Assembly (NCBI RefSeq): GCF_009914755.1
Contig: NC_060936.1
DNA length: 64,000 bases
From: the human T2T-CHM13v2.0 reference genome, Homo sapiens
Strand: one strand, 5' to 3'
The translations under genes and the position numbers were made by a program. Under the pieces are notes generated by a model. That model was not told the DNA's origin, made no database searches, and saw nothing but the letters and a program-made list of their open reading frames with translations. Shown piece by piece: positions 40,388-55,092 of the stretch. Numbering within the stretch: position 1 is the stretch's first letter; every line of letters begins with the position of its first letter.

Positions 40388-43384
40388 GTTCTTGTTTTTC
40401 TAGTTCCTTGAGGTGTGTCATTAAGTTATCATCTTTCACTTACATTTCAACAAATGTAAGCATTTATTGATATAAACTTCTCTTTTAGAACAGCTTTTTC
40501 TGTATTCCAAAGACTTTGATATGCTGTCTTTCTATTTGTCTCAAGGAATTTTTAAGTGTCCCTTTTAATGTCTTCATTGATCCATTGGTTGTTTAGGAGC
40601 ATATTGTTTAATTTTCATTAAACAATATTTGTAAAGTTTCTGAATTTCTTCCTGTTGTTGATTTCTAGTTTTATAACATTGTGGTCAGAAAACATATTTA
40701 AAATGATTTTGATCTTTTAAAATTTGTTAAGGCTTGTCTTGTGCTGTTAAGAAAAACGTGTATTCTGCAGTTGTTGGGTGAAATATTCTGTAAATATCTG
40801 TTAGGTCCAATTGGTCTATTGTGTGGTTTAAATCCAATGTTTGTTTATTTTCTGTCTGGATGATCTGTCCATTGCTGAGAGTGGGGTGTTGAAGTTGAAG
40901 TTCATGATTATTACTATATAGCAGTCTATCTCTTTCTTTAATCTAATAAATAATTGCTCTTTATATTTGGGTACTCTAGTGTTAGGTGCATACATATTTA
41001 CAATTTTTTTTTGTTGAATTAACCCATGTATCATTATATAATGATCTTCTTTGTGCTTTTTTGTGATTTTTGATTTGAAGTCTATTTTATCTGGTATAAG
41101 TGAAGCTACTCCTGGTCTCTTTTAGTTTCCATTTGCATGTGATATCAATTTTTCATCCCTTCACTTTCAGTCTATATGTCTTTACATGTGAAGTGAGTTT
41201 CTTATAGACGTCATATAGGTGAGTCTTGCGTTTTTTTCTTTCCCCCATTTGGCCACTCTATATCTTTTAATTGGAAAATTTAATCTATTTCCATTCAAGA
41301 TTATTACTGACAGGTAAGAACTTCCTCCTGCCATTTTGTTAACTGTTTTCTAGATACTTTGTTTCTTTCTTCTACTTTTATTGTTTCCCTTTGTGACTTG
41401 GTGGTTTTCCATAGTGATAAGCTTTGATTCATTTCTCTTTTTGATTTGTGTATCTGCTGTAATTTTTTTCTTTGTGGTTATTCTGGGGCTTATGTAAAAA
41501 GAACTTAGAATATTTTAAGCTGATAACAACTTAACTTTGGTCACATACAAATATTCTAGACTTTCCCTTCCCCCATCCACAATTCATAATTTCCTTCAGG
41601 TCATTATTTTAAATTCCTTTTCAGGCAATTTATAAATTTCCATTTCTTTAGGGGTCAGTTACTGGAGGATTCTTCTGCTTCTTTGATGGTGTCATGTTTC
41701 TTTGCTTTTTCATGTATCTTGTATCCCTGTATTGATATTTGTGCATCTGATGGAATGGTCAACTCTTTTAATTTTATGGAGTGACTTTTGAAGGGAATGA
41801 CTTTCACCAGCAGATGTGTCTGAGGGTATTGGTTGGGTAGGGTACATTGGCTTTTGCTCTATGTGTGTGCAGTAGTGTAGTCTCTGCAGGTTTTTAAGCT
41901 GTAGTCAACTTTATTGATAACCTCTGAAGGCCTTGGTGTGGCTAGTTTGCTGGCTCAGGACAGGTCACCCCTGGAAACAGCACACTTGGCTGGTGAGCAC
42001 AAGAACAAATCCACTGGTTAAGGTGGGGACCCGCTGTGAGATGCATACATGGCTGGTGAGCATGCAGCAGCCAGTCTGCCAGCTTGGGTTAGGGATTCTC
42101 TGGGGGCAGTGTACTTGGCTGGCAAGCATGGGGCTTGGCTTGCCAACTCAGAGCAGAAGTCCCCTGAAAATGACATGCCCAGCTGGTGAGCTTACTGGTG
42201 GTATATGCGGATAGGTCTGCCAGCTCAGGTTGGGGCATCCTTAGAAGTAGTGCACCCAACTGTTGAGTGCACCAGGGACATGCAGGGGCTGGTCCACTGG
42301 TTTGGGTGGGACTCGCTTTGGAATGGTGCATTCGCTGGTGAGCATGCTGACTGCGCATGAGGCCAGTTTGGACTTGGTTTCTCTGCTGATCAAGATTGTC
42401 TGTTCCTTTGAGGGCAAGGTGCTATATGGGCTTCATGGATGGGGCACTGGATCTAGGCTCTGAGAGACAGGGTTCAGGGTGCTGCAGTCACTAGGATGTG
42501 AAAGGTGGAACACCTCCTAGGAGCTTGTTCCCAGGGGGTAGGGAGCTGTAGCAACTCAGCAAGGGAATGGTGTACTACTGTGTGTGAAGGTAGTGTAATG
42601 GCAGTGTAGCCTTAGGAATGAAAAGAGATGGTGGCTACTGGCCCCTGGAACAGGATGTACTCTAGTTGTGGCTCTGGTTTCAAAATGGCATCATATAGCT
42701 GCAGCTTGAATCACAGGGATGAGGGGATACAATGTGGGCTCCTTCTCTGGGGCATTGCAGCCATGTGGCTGTCAGGCAGCTCCCTAAACTGGACTCAGGG
42801 TCTGTAGAAACTGCAGGATTCTCAGCAACAAAGAGTGCAGATGTCTGTGACATTAATGGGGGCTGCTGGGGCCTCTTGCTTGCCTAGTCCCCACTGGGGA
42901 TGCATCTCCTTGTTCTGAGCTAATCCTGGCTGGGGAGATGGCGGTGTGGCAGAGGCAGAGTGCTTCATTCTCTTCTCTATGTGACCCTCACTAAAGGTCT
43001 CCTTGTCTCACAGGATTTCTGTCTCTCTCCTACTGTATTCCAGTGCGCTCCCTCAAACACTCCAGTTCAAACATACTTTCTTATTTGTTGTTTTGGCTCT
43101 TTTTTTTGGTGGGAAGTATGAGCATTCGGCTTCTCTAGTCGGCTCTCTTGCTTTGCCCTGGCTGGGCTTTTCTATGGAAATCTGTGAGGTATATGCTGAG
43201 AGTATGTGCATCAGAAAGTTTTTGCCTTCGTTTCTGTAAAGTATCATAGGGCGTTACCAACCTAGTATTACTTTTTATGTTAATGACTTCACTTGGTGTT
43301 TCTTGATTTTTGAATTCTGTGATTTCTCAGCTTTAAATACTCAAGAGAGCCTTTTCGTTTATACCATAAGAAGGCCAGACTTAG

Positions 43385-43745
<361 letters not shown>

Positions 43746-44256
43746 GTTGTTCACTTTTTTACTGGAGGTGTTACCTTTGAAGGTGCTCACTTTATGTAAG
43801 GTCTCAGTTCCAACACCTGGCTCCTGCAAGATCAGGCTTTGTCTCCAGTTCTTGTATTACCATTACAATATGTTTAATTTTCTGGTTTTATGCCTTTTAG
43901 TCTCTTTTTATTAAGCACTGGGATTTCCTTTACTTTTTTTCAAAGCTCTTCTTTGCATGCTGTTTCATATTCTGCACAGTGTAACTGGTTTTGTAGTGAG
44001 AGGTTTTTCAGGTTATCTAGTCTGCTGTATTACATAAGTTCTATGTAGGAATGCACAAATGTACACATACAGAGAATACACCTCTTAAACTTGAAAAATC
44101 TTTTCTATCATAAAAATGTCATGCATATTAAACAACTGTGAAGGAATTGTCAGTGGCTTAATATGTTGATAGATTGACACTGTGTGGGAAACAGCTGAGA
44201 ATATTAGGGGTTATTTTTATAATGCCACCTCAGGCTTTAATATCAGATTCATAGAA

Positions 44257-44424
44257 GTGTGTTTAGTTAGTAAGCCATGTAGTGAATTGAGTATATAACC
44301 TTATCTACTGGCCAAAAATATGCTATTTTTCCAGAATATAGTGTGTTTAGTTAGTAAGCCATGTAGTGAATTGAGTATATAACCTTATCTACTGGCCAAA
44401 AATATGCTATTTTTCCAGAATATA
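44257..44424. repeat. Perfect 84-bp tandem duplication
   Basis: 44257-44340 identical to 44341-44424; AGT microhomology at all three junctions. Confidence 0.97.
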
Positions 44425-44899
44425 GTTCAGGAAAAAAAGTTTTATCTATTGTAGCAAAAATATAAGAAAATCACAAACTTTAAAACACATATAAATTGCT
44501 GTTTTGTGAGCCTAGATGATGTCCATTAGCAGCAGGATTATGCTGTACTCAAGGATTATAATCACCAAAGGCTTATAAAGGAATGCTTAGTTTTCTTAAA
44601 TTCTTACTGTCATGGTGAAGCCCTGGTACAATATTTTTGACAAGAAAACAAACACTGAAATGCTGATTAAAATTAGACTGTAAATAATCCCAGTAAGTTG
44701 TCCTAAAATGAAAGCGGTACCTCGGATATCAGCCCTCAGGAATATTACAATTGTATTTTTATAATGCAAAATACAGAATAAGTATTCTGCAAGCTAAATC
44801 CTTAGAAAAGACTACTAGTATGGAAATGAAATCAAATTCTGTCTTTCTTGGATTTCTTATTATGAAGATATTGAGAAAGTTGATTGGTTTCTGTAACTG

Positions 44900-45240
44900 T
44901 CCTCAAATCTCGTTTTCTTAATGAGGCTCACCTTGCCCACCCTCTTTGCATTATTAAATGTAATCTGCAATTCCCCATCACCCCCTCCTTACTGCCTGGT
45001 ATACCCATTCCACTTAGCCTGCTCTACTTTCTTTCCTATAGCATTTAATCTCTTCTCATATATTACACTATTTATAAGTTTATTATGTGTAGTGTTGTTT
45101 GTCTGTCTTCTCCCACTAGAAAGTTAAAATCTACCAAGGGCAGGGATCTTGGTGTGTTTTGTTTACTATTGTATCCCCAATGACTACAGTAGTACCTGTC
45201 ACATAGTAGGTGTTCAAAAATGACTTGGGTGTGAATGAAT
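44900..45240 (+). mobile_element. L2 3' end
   Basis: gtctgtcttctcccactagaa..agggcagggatctt..cctgtcacatagtaggtgttcaaaaa..gaatgaat. Confidence 0.75.
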
Positions 45241-45529
45241 AAGGTTTTATTTATCTGCTTATAAATTAGGGTGATAATTCATGGCCCCTTATTTCTTTTG
45301 TGGGTACAAATTAGATATGTATATGCCAAGTATATTGACTTGTCTGAAAGAAAGTTGACATTCATAGGATAATAGCACTTATTATATTTGGGATGTATTA
45401 AGTGACTTAGCCTTTAAATGTCTCAGAGTTTCCATCTTAAATCTAAGTCCATGGCAATTTTACTAACACAGTATCTCTTCTATAGCAACAGAACACATAT
45501 AACATTCAGAACTTGATTAAAGATCATAC

Positions 45530-45667
45530 CTCATTTTTTTCTTTGAGTTTTGTGATCATAACAATCACAGGGCTGTCTTCCTGCCAAACCATCTGCCAGA
45601 AATCATCCACGGTGTTGATCATGGGGCCCTGCGTGGCAATGAAGGCTTTCTCCTTGCCACTGTAGCC
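45530..45667 (-). CDS. PTPRR: PTPRR coding exon (IATQGP / DFWQMVW motifs)
   Basis: 138 nt; tctAG|GGC ... GAG|GTatga; [46 protein letters not shown]. Confidence 0.97.
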
Positions 45668-46106
45668 CTAGATGGAGTAAAGAAACAAAAATATTGGTTT
45701 TTAAGTTCATGCCTTGCAGTGAAAGTGTAGGTGAAAGATCTTCAACGAAATAGCTGGCCTAGTACAAAAGCAACACAGGTTACGGCTTCACTGACTCTAG
45801 TACAACAATTTCCATGGGTATTTTGGCAGCAAGTTAAGGATAGCACATGGTACTGAGGGTTGTAATGCCCAGTCCCCAGCAGAGTACCCATATAGAGCAC
45901 TGTTGCCAGAGACTCACAGTGAAAGGAAAGTCATCATAAAAGACCCATTAACAATGTTGATTATGACTAAGATAAAAAACCAAACAAAATGAAATCTTGC
46001 TGGTAATCAAGTTAAACCAAGCTTAATCTACTCTAGGAAAAAGAAAATAAAACCAACAATTCCAAATAGGAAGTCACCAGAAAGAAATTTGTACTTATTT
46101 ACTTAC

Positions 46107-46186
46107 CCTAATATAATTAGCATTAATGTAGGTGCTCAATGAATCGGTTACATTTTTTGGTCTTAAACACACTCTGCTGAGGGGAT
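46107..46186 (-). CDS. PTPRR: PTPRR coding exon (YINANYI motif)
   Basis: 80 nt; ttAG|AT ... AGG|GTaagt; (N)PLSRVCLRPKNVTDSLSTYINANYIR. Confidence 0.97.
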
Positions 46187-46766
46187 CTAATGAAGAAAAC
46201 AAAAAAGAATATATTAAACAGATTTACCCTTTTTAAAGTTCCTTAGAATGCCAATAACCAGTAAGTAGAAACCTGTTATGTATTGATTATCTGGTGCATG
46301 TCAATGTTTGTCTTTGGTGTCCATTGCTTGATCCATATGTTTATTGAGGGACATTTGGGCCTGTCTTCACTCCTGACATAAAGCTCATCCATAAGCCTAA
46401 GCTGATGAGTTTATATTTCAGGCCATTTCTCATCTGTTCCGGTTCTCGACCTCATTTCTCATTTTTGCGCCCACTCTTATACTTTTGATCTGGAATTTGT
46501 ACCAGGTCTCCTCACTCCCATCTCTCTCCTTTCCCTATGGAGGTAAATCAGGCTATACTCTACCAATTATTTATATTTTACTATCTCATCTCATTTAGAC
46601 CCTCAGGTCTGAACCTCACCTTGTCTGACCATTATGTCCTGGCCAGATCTCCTGATCTTCCGAGATGGATGAGATTAATAATCTATTACGTGCTATCTGT
46701 GTGAGGATAGGCAAGCCAGGGGAAGAGGGAGGTTGCAAAGATAAAGATAAACATGATTCATTTCGA

Positions 46767-47096
<330 letters not shown>

Positions 47097-47859
47097 TCAT
47101 TTCAGTGAGTTTTCAGTCTGCTCATAAAATAACAAACAACATACATTTATTGTTTATTAGATGTCAGAGTCTGTTCTCATTGCTTTACAGATATTATATC
47201 ATTTAATTTTCTTGTAACTTTAATAAAAGTACCTAAGATAATGGGTAAGACTCCTTCCCCATTTTTCAGATAGGAAACTAAGATAGGTTAAATAATTTGC
47301 CCAAAGGTACACAGCCAAGAAGTAGGTAATGGAGTCAGGCTTTGAATCCACACGAACACTAGGGTACCATTAGCCACTACGCTGTGCTGCAGCTCTCATG
47401 CGAAGATAGCTATGTAAGCTGACGATTAAAATACAAAATGTTATATCCTAGTGGTTGCTTAGTTACTTTCTTAAAAAACAGCAAATTCAATGCTTTTCAG
47501 CTTCCTTTCTCAGTGGAGTGTGGTGTAAAAACAGGGGTGCAGCAAAGAAAAACTTCTCCCATTCCCATATTTTTTTAGTAACACACTATCATTGAACATC
47601 TTCTGGGTAAACACAATCTCTTACGTTCCCCACGAAAACTGAGACAAAGAGGAGGTGAGGTAGGAAGTACTAGACGAAGAAAGTTTCATAGAATATATTT
47701 AAATGGGAGCTAAAAATAATTAAAAATTTAACAGGACTTGGCAAGCCAACATTTGTTTTAAATTTCACTTTATATATAACTGGGGTTAAAGATAATAAAG
47801 GCCATAATTAGTTTCAGAAAAAGGCTAACCAGCCCATGAGGACGGTGATGGTTTAAAAA

Positions 47860-48350
47860 TGTAGTCATCCAATTATCTGACACTCCTTCTAAAAGAATGT
47901 AGTAGAGACTAATTCCTCTCATCTTGAATGTGGGCAGAAATTAAATAGAATATGGCAGTAGGGATGGTGTGTGACTTGGTCATAAAAGGTATTACAGTTT
48001 CCTCCTTGCGCTCTTTCTTGAGTTGCTTGCTCTGGAGGAAGCTAATGGCCATATTTTGAGGGCACTCAAGCAGCCCAATGAAGAGAGAAATAGTGGGGAA
48101 CTGAGGCCTCCAGCTGATAGCATATGAATGAGCCCTCTTAGAAGCAGATCCCTCAGTGCCAGCCAAGTGTTCAGCTGACCAAAGGCTTGGCCAACAACTC
48201 AATTGAAATCTCATGAAAGACCTTGAGCCAGACACTCAACTAAGCCACTCCCCAATTCCCGGCACACAGAAATTGTGAGATATAAATGTGTATTGTTTTA
48301 AGCCACTAAATTTTGGGGTAATTTGTTCCATAGCAATAAATAGGTAATAT
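47860..48350 (+). mobile_element. MLT1-type (ERVL-MaLR) solo LTR
   Basis: gaactgaggcctccagc..agaagcagatcc..tgttttaagccactaaattttggggtaatttgtt..agcaata. Confidence 0.8.
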
Positions 48351-48715
48351 AGGGACCAATAAGGAGTCAGTCACAAAACTCTGGAGTGACATCATGATCA
48401 CTGTTATTGTCATTGCACTCATTGTTGACTCCTATATGTGTCAGGTAGAGCAGGTAACAGCATTTTATTCATTAGGTCACTTAATTATTACAATTCTATA
48501 ACGTACATACTGTTAACAGTCTCTTTATTTAGATTAGGAAATTGCAGCACAGAGAGGTTAAGTAACTCACCCAAGGTCACACAGTAAGAAATGAAGCAGA
48601 GAGTTGAAACCAGATTACCAAACTTAGAATTTAACAAGGCCATTATCAAAGATGATGTTGAAAATATATAGTAAAATTTTGCTAATTTGTCACTAGGATA
48701 TTTGAAATAAAGATA

Positions 48716-48822
48716 TTTTATATATATGTTATATATATATAACATATATAACATATAGTTATATATATAACATATAAAACATATAGTTTTATATATATGT
48801 TATATATATGTTATATATATAA
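48716..48822. repeat. AT-rich (TA)n repeat with internal inverted symmetry
   Basis: tatatatgtt and aacatatata units in both orientations. Confidence 0.9.
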
Positions 48823-49629
48823 ATAAAACAAGTAATAGGAGCTTCTATCCAAGGATGGATAAAGTAGATTTGAGCTATAAGGGATCTGGCTTTGGCAGGA
48901 GAAAGTCCCATTCTGCTTAAAGCTTTAGATTGACTTGTGAAGACCAAGATGCTTATCTGATCTTATAGGCCACAGGTAAAATAGCTCCTGATCATGCCAT
49001 ATGGAAGCAATGTCTAGAAGATGTTAATAAATTCTGGAAATCAGTGGGAAGACCCTTAGGTGGCATCCAAGAATCCTGTTGATCGAGGCAGGCTTTCATT
49101 CAGTTTGAACCAAAACACTTTGCAAAAGATCCTAGCATGTCCTTTTGGGTGACCTAAAGGAAGTAGGGTGACTACAGAGAAACTTACAGTGGAACAGGTA
49201 AGGACTGTTCGAATCAGGATATAACCTAACTGTGAACAAGGAATTGTGGTCCTATGCTCATCAGCATGGAAATCTCTTGAGACATGGGCTTTGAACTTAT
49301 CAAAATTCCTCCTCAAGAGATATGTTGGGGCTACTGGTACTGAAGCAAACTACCCTCTTTAAAGCATTCTGGAAATAAGTCCAATCTCAGTCTTGTCCTT
49401 CAGAGCTTTCAAAATGTAGACCCTATGGAGATGGAAGCTAGCACCAAACTTTCAAAAGCACTTCATTTTCCCCCAAATCTCATACAGTCTTAACAGATCT
49501 ATCTCTACATTTCCTACAATTGTTGGTCAGGGGCAGACTGACCCTCACTTGCATGAGCCATTTTCAATAAGAACCTTGTATCTTATTTTGTATTCATAAT
49601 GTTGTATTCATTTTTTAAGAGTGTCTTCC

Positions 49630-50820
49630 AGGGCAAAGTTCCATGACATTGATGTGGGTAAAAATTTCTTGGATATGACCCTGAAAGCACAATGAAAGCA
49701 AAAATAGACACAGGGGATTGCATCAAACTAAAAAGCTTCTGCACAGCAAATCCACAGATTGGGAGAAAATATTTATAAATCATACCTTAAGAAGGGGCTA
49801 ATATCCAAAATATATCAGAAACTCAAACTACTCAATAACAAGAAAATAATCGTATTAGAAAAGGGATAAAGATTTGAATAGACATTTCTAAAAACAAGAC
49901 ATGCAAATGTCCAACAGATCTACGAAAAAATGTTCCACATCTCAAATCATCAGAGAAATGCAAATTAAAACCACAATATCACTTCATACCTGTTAGAAGG
50001 GCTATTATCAAAAAGATAAAAGATAAATGTTGGCAAGGTTGTGAAGAAAAGGGAGCTCTGGTAGGCTGTTGGTGAGAATGTAAATTAGCATAGCCATTTT
50101 GGAAAACAGTATGGAGATTCCTCAAAAACTATGAATGAACTACCATATGATCCAGCAATTCCACTTCTGAGTATATATCCAAAGGAACTGAAGTCAGTAT
50201 GTTGAAGGCATTTCTGCACTCCTATGTTCTTGCAGCACTATTTACAATAGCCAAGGTTTGAAAACAACTGGAGTGTCCATCAACAGATGAATGGATTTTA
50301 AAAGTATGGTCTATATACATAATGGAGTTCTATCTGGCCTTTAAAAAGCAGGAAATTCTGTCATTTGTGACAACATAGATAGACTTCACAGATATTATGC
50401 TAAATGAAATAAGCCAGGCACAGAGAGACATGATCTTCTTTATGTGTGGAATCTAAAAAAGTTGAACTCATAGAAATAGAGAGTAGAATGGTGGTTACCA
50501 AAGGCTAGGTGGGTGGGGTGAATGGGGAAAGGGGAGATGGTGGTCAAAGGATACAAAATTTCAGTTAGGAGAAATAGGTTCTGGCGATCTATTATAGACC
50601 ATGGTGACTATTGTTTAATAATAATATTATATATTTCAAAATAGCTGAAATAATGGGATTTTAAATGTTCTCACCACAAAAAATAAATAAATATTTGAGG
50701 TAATGGATACATTAATATTAGCATGATATGATCATTCCACAATGTATACATGTATCAAAACATCACATTTTACCCCATAAATATATACAACTGTTATTTT
50801 CAATTAAAAATAAAATAAAA
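49630..50820 (+). mobile_element. L1MA ORF2 end and 3' UTR
   Basis: aaactaaaaagcttctgcacagcaaa..gaactaccatatgatccagcaattccacttct..caattaaaaataaaataaa. Confidence 0.9.
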
Positions 50821-51319
50821 CCTAAAGAGTAATCTCCAAATAATATAAGCTTTAGCTCCCCTCCCTTCCAAAAAACTAAATCTACCCTTGTTGGTAAAAC
50901 CTCTCAGTCTGCATAAAATCTATTACACCCTTTGTAATGTAGAAAGACTTCTGCTAGACTGCTTTTTGTTACCTTATCTTTTTCCTCCAAGGGGTCTTGA
51001 ACACCTGTGGAGCTGAATTTTAACATTGAGAGTGAAATTATTCCATTGTTTATACGTATCTTCCGTCAATCCTATTGATCAAAACTCTTGGCAGATCACA
51101 AAATAACAAACAAGGAGGAGAAGCCACAGTGGAGCAAACAACATTTATTGCACACTCTCCACCAAGAATCTCATGGAGGAGGTTCCCTGCTGGGAGCCTT
51201 TGGCTATACAGCGCCCTAAAAGCTTCTTGCCAAGCATGCTCCGTGCTGTCTGGCATTTTTGCTGTCAATAGCTGGAGCACACAATAGTACGCATATCCAA
51301 ATATGTATTTTAAGAGCTA

Positions 51320-51750
51320 GTCGTCTCCTAGTAGTCACCATCCCTGTCTTTCTTTAGCAATAAGATCCCAATTCTGGCTGAGAACTTGGTAGGATGCACA
51401 GCTTAAGACTTCCCTTCTTACCACCCCTTGCATTAGTTGCGGCCATGTGACTAAGTTTTCACTTATAGCAGGTGAGAGGAAGTGATGCGCGTGACTTTTA
51501 GATCATGAAATTAAAGTGAGGAGTGATGTTCTTCTTCTACCACTTCTGATTCCATCTTGCTGCCTGGGATGTGGTCATGGTGATCAGGATCTTAGACCAT
51601 GCAAAGGTAATACCCTAGGGATGGCGAGGTAACCAGAGAGATTAGTCTGGAGGTATAACATGGCAAAGCTGCCATATCAACCCTGGCAGGTATACTTGAG
51701 AGGGAAAAACACTTTTAAATTATTTAAACCACTGTTATTTGGGTTGTGGT
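51320..51750 (+). mobile_element. Old MLT1-type LTR
   Basis: ccccttgcattagttgcggccatgtgactaagtt; tttaaaccactgttatttgggtt. Confidence 0.55.
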
Positions 51751-52559
51751 TAATAGTATATATAAGTTTTCTGGCAAAAATATTTCAGAAAAGAATAGTA
51801 TTATCACAAAATCAGTTCTGCCTAGGGAGGCATTAATAGAATAGGTACATCCCAAACATCTGGGGTTTGTATATATTCAGAAGTCAAATTCAGGGTTTCT
51901 TAGAGTTGGAGTTCGCATGTCCAATAATTATCACGATCTATAAAAAATAACGTTTTAGCAACATAACAAAAGGTAATCATCATTTTAGTCTAAAACTAAG
52001 CCCTCAGGCCCCATAACATTGCCATTAGAATGCACGCAGTGATTAGTTCAGTCTGGATAGCCCTAAATTGCTTATTGCACTGATTTCCTTTCTTCTGACC
52101 TACAACAAACACATGGCCTGGACAGAAGTCTTTTTCACTATTTGGAAGAAGCTGTCTTTAGTTAGCATATGTAGCGGTTTGTTCACTGACAGCACAAGTA
52201 TCTGATATTGGTTAGATTCGTTTAGTGCTAGCAACATTGTCTTAAATTCTAAAATCACTTTCCATCAAGAGTTGAAAGACTCTTTGTGGACTAAAGTGTT
52301 ACGGAAAATGTGGAAATTATTTTTACCATCATTTGCATACATTAATATTACTAATTCGTCTCTTTATGATTTCTTTGACCTGGTACACTCTGAGCTTTTT
52401 GAAGGCAGGGATGGGGATTTTTCACCATCTTTATAAGATCTAATGTCTTGCATAGCAGACCTTCAGTGAATGTCTACTGCACTGATTTAAAGATCTCTTC
52501 TATTTTTTAAAAAAAGGTCAGTTCTATATATCCTTCTCTAGCAATTATTCTATTGCTTT

Positions 52560-53110
52560 TCTTTTTTAGACAGGCAAACTTCTGAAAGAGTTTATTATAC
52601 ACACACTTCCTCCATGCTCATCTGCAACTCAATCCTCCTCATGTACACTGTGATCTATCCTAACCCTAGCACTGTGCAGAGACTGCCCTTGCTAAGGTCA
52701 CCACTGACCCTCTTGTTGTTAAGCCCAGTGATCCCATTGTGGTATTTTTGTTCATGTCCTCTCTGAAGCATTCAAAAACTGTTGACTGTATATCCTTTTT
52801 TCGAGTTTTCTCTTCCCTTAGATTCTGGGACACAACGTTCTGGTTTTCCTGCTCCCTTTTCGGTGGCCTCTTTCCAATCTCCTGCTCATTTAATCTGCCC
52901 CTTTTCATGTTGCTAATTCTAGGATTCAACTTGACCCTCTTTTATCCTCACTTGATACTGCCTTGTTGAGTGACTCATTCATTCCTGTGACTTTATTACG
53001 CACATCCTGAGGGCTCTCAAATACATACTTCAGACCAGCCCGGTCTCCTCATTTATAGTCCAGCTTTTTCTATTTATTATTTCCTTCTGAATGGACCACA
53101 GGTTTGTGAA
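52560..53110 (+). mobile_element. L2 remnant
   Basis: gagactgcccttgctaaggtcaccactgaccctc..gcattcaaaactgttgac. Confidence 0.6.
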
Positions 53111-53549
53111 ACTCCTCATGCCCTTCATGTGTTCCTGACAGCTTTCTGCTATTGTTTAGGTTAGGTGTGCTGCCACAGCTCTACAGTCCGTGTAGAGTTT
53201 CTGTGCATTTGAATGTTAGCATATTCTGCCTGTTCTGTCTCCTAAAATACGCTGGGGTCTGTCTTGCCTCTCTGTTTGCATGGCTGTCTTCTTGGACTAG
53301 GACTCAAGTATCTCCTGGTCTCCCTGCCTTCAATCTTGCTTTTTTCCAATCCATCCTCCTCATAGCTGTCAAGGTGCTCTGTAAAACAAAATCTGATCAC
53401 ATGATTCCATTGTCTAAATGTCATCCATACTTCCCAATTGCCCATAGCAGTATTTCCCAAAATATTTATTACCTGTAAATCATTACCTCTATAACATATA
53501 GAATTATACTATATGACTTATAAATTAAGTCATCTTTTACAAAAAGAGG

Positions 53550-53680
53550 TTAGTACCCAAATAAATATGGGAAACATTGGGTTAAACAAATCTGAACCAT
53601 ATTCTTTTTACTGCAGGACTTCTCAGGGTCTTCAGTATGTTAATGGACCCTGTGAATTTCCAAGAAGGTATTGTATATAA
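53550..53680. mobile_element. MER103-like DNA element
   Basis: gggaaacattgggttaaacaaa..tttactgcaggacttctcagggtc..tgtgaatttccaagaagg. Confidence 0.55.
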
Positions 53681-53774
53681 TCCTATTTGTCCGTTGGACT
53701 CAATTTTATTATACCTACTGTATTTACATACTTAACTATTATATTTATATACTTATTGATAATTCAGTTTAGAG

Positions 53775-53981
53775 CAGCCCTGATCAATAGAATTTTCTGA
53801 GGTGATGAAAATATTATCTATCTGTGCTGTCCAAAAAATGTAGCCTCTAGCTTTCAAGCACTTGAAATGTGGCTAGTAAAAACTGAGAAACTAAAGTTTT
53901 AATTTTATTTAATTTTAATTCATTTAAGTGTAAACTGACCTAGCCATAAGTGGGTTCTGGTTGCTCTACTTGACAGTGCAG
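53775..53981. mobile_element. MER3 hAT-Charlie MITE
   Basis: caatagaattttctg..tatctgtgctgtccaa..agcacttgaaatgtggctag..ttgacagtgcag. Confidence 0.8.
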
Positions 53982-54731
53982 GCCTAGAAGATGAATGCCA
54001 AGAGGGGTACTTAGCAAGATAGAGCAGATCCTTAATGATCATCCCAAGGCCTCACCAACAGCTGCTTTCCCACGTGTATCATATAATCTAGCCCCATGGA
54101 CCTAGGGCAATCTCCCAAATGTTCTATGTTTTTGCAGATTTTATGCTTTTGCACATATTGTTTCCTTTGCCTTCTCTGCATGGTAAAGTCTTCCTCATTA
54201 CTCAGGGCTCAATTCAGAAAATACTGTCTTTCTGAAGTTCTCCCTGACCTTCCCAGGCAGAATTAGGCATTCTCTTCTTTGCTTGGGTCCCCTGAGTTTT
54301 ATTTTAGTATTTATCATCTTGTATTTTAAGTGCTTAAATTTCTGCCTGCCCTCAATGGAGTGTGGTGAGCCCCTAGAGGGCAAAGGCTGTATTTAATTCA
54401 CTTTTGTATCCTTTGTGATTTCTATTTGGGATGTGGCTCACAGAGGGTTTAATGTCAGAATTAATTTCTATGAGAAAGAGTTAAAGCCCTGTTTTTGACT
54501 TTCTAGATATTTTTTTCTTTTCTTAGCAAAGAGGACAAGAAATCTTTCATGCCTTTCAGTATCCACTGATTGTTAGAAGTTTCCATAAACATCCTACACC
54601 ATTCAGGCTTGAAAAGAGGCCTGCTTCCTTCAGTTTTTATAATGCCTATGATGTATATGATTTACTGGTAAAGCTAAAAACTGCTTAGAAACAGTTTCCC
54701 TGTAAAGCTAAATTATGTTGGTAATTAGTAA

Positions 54732-55092
<361 letters not shown>

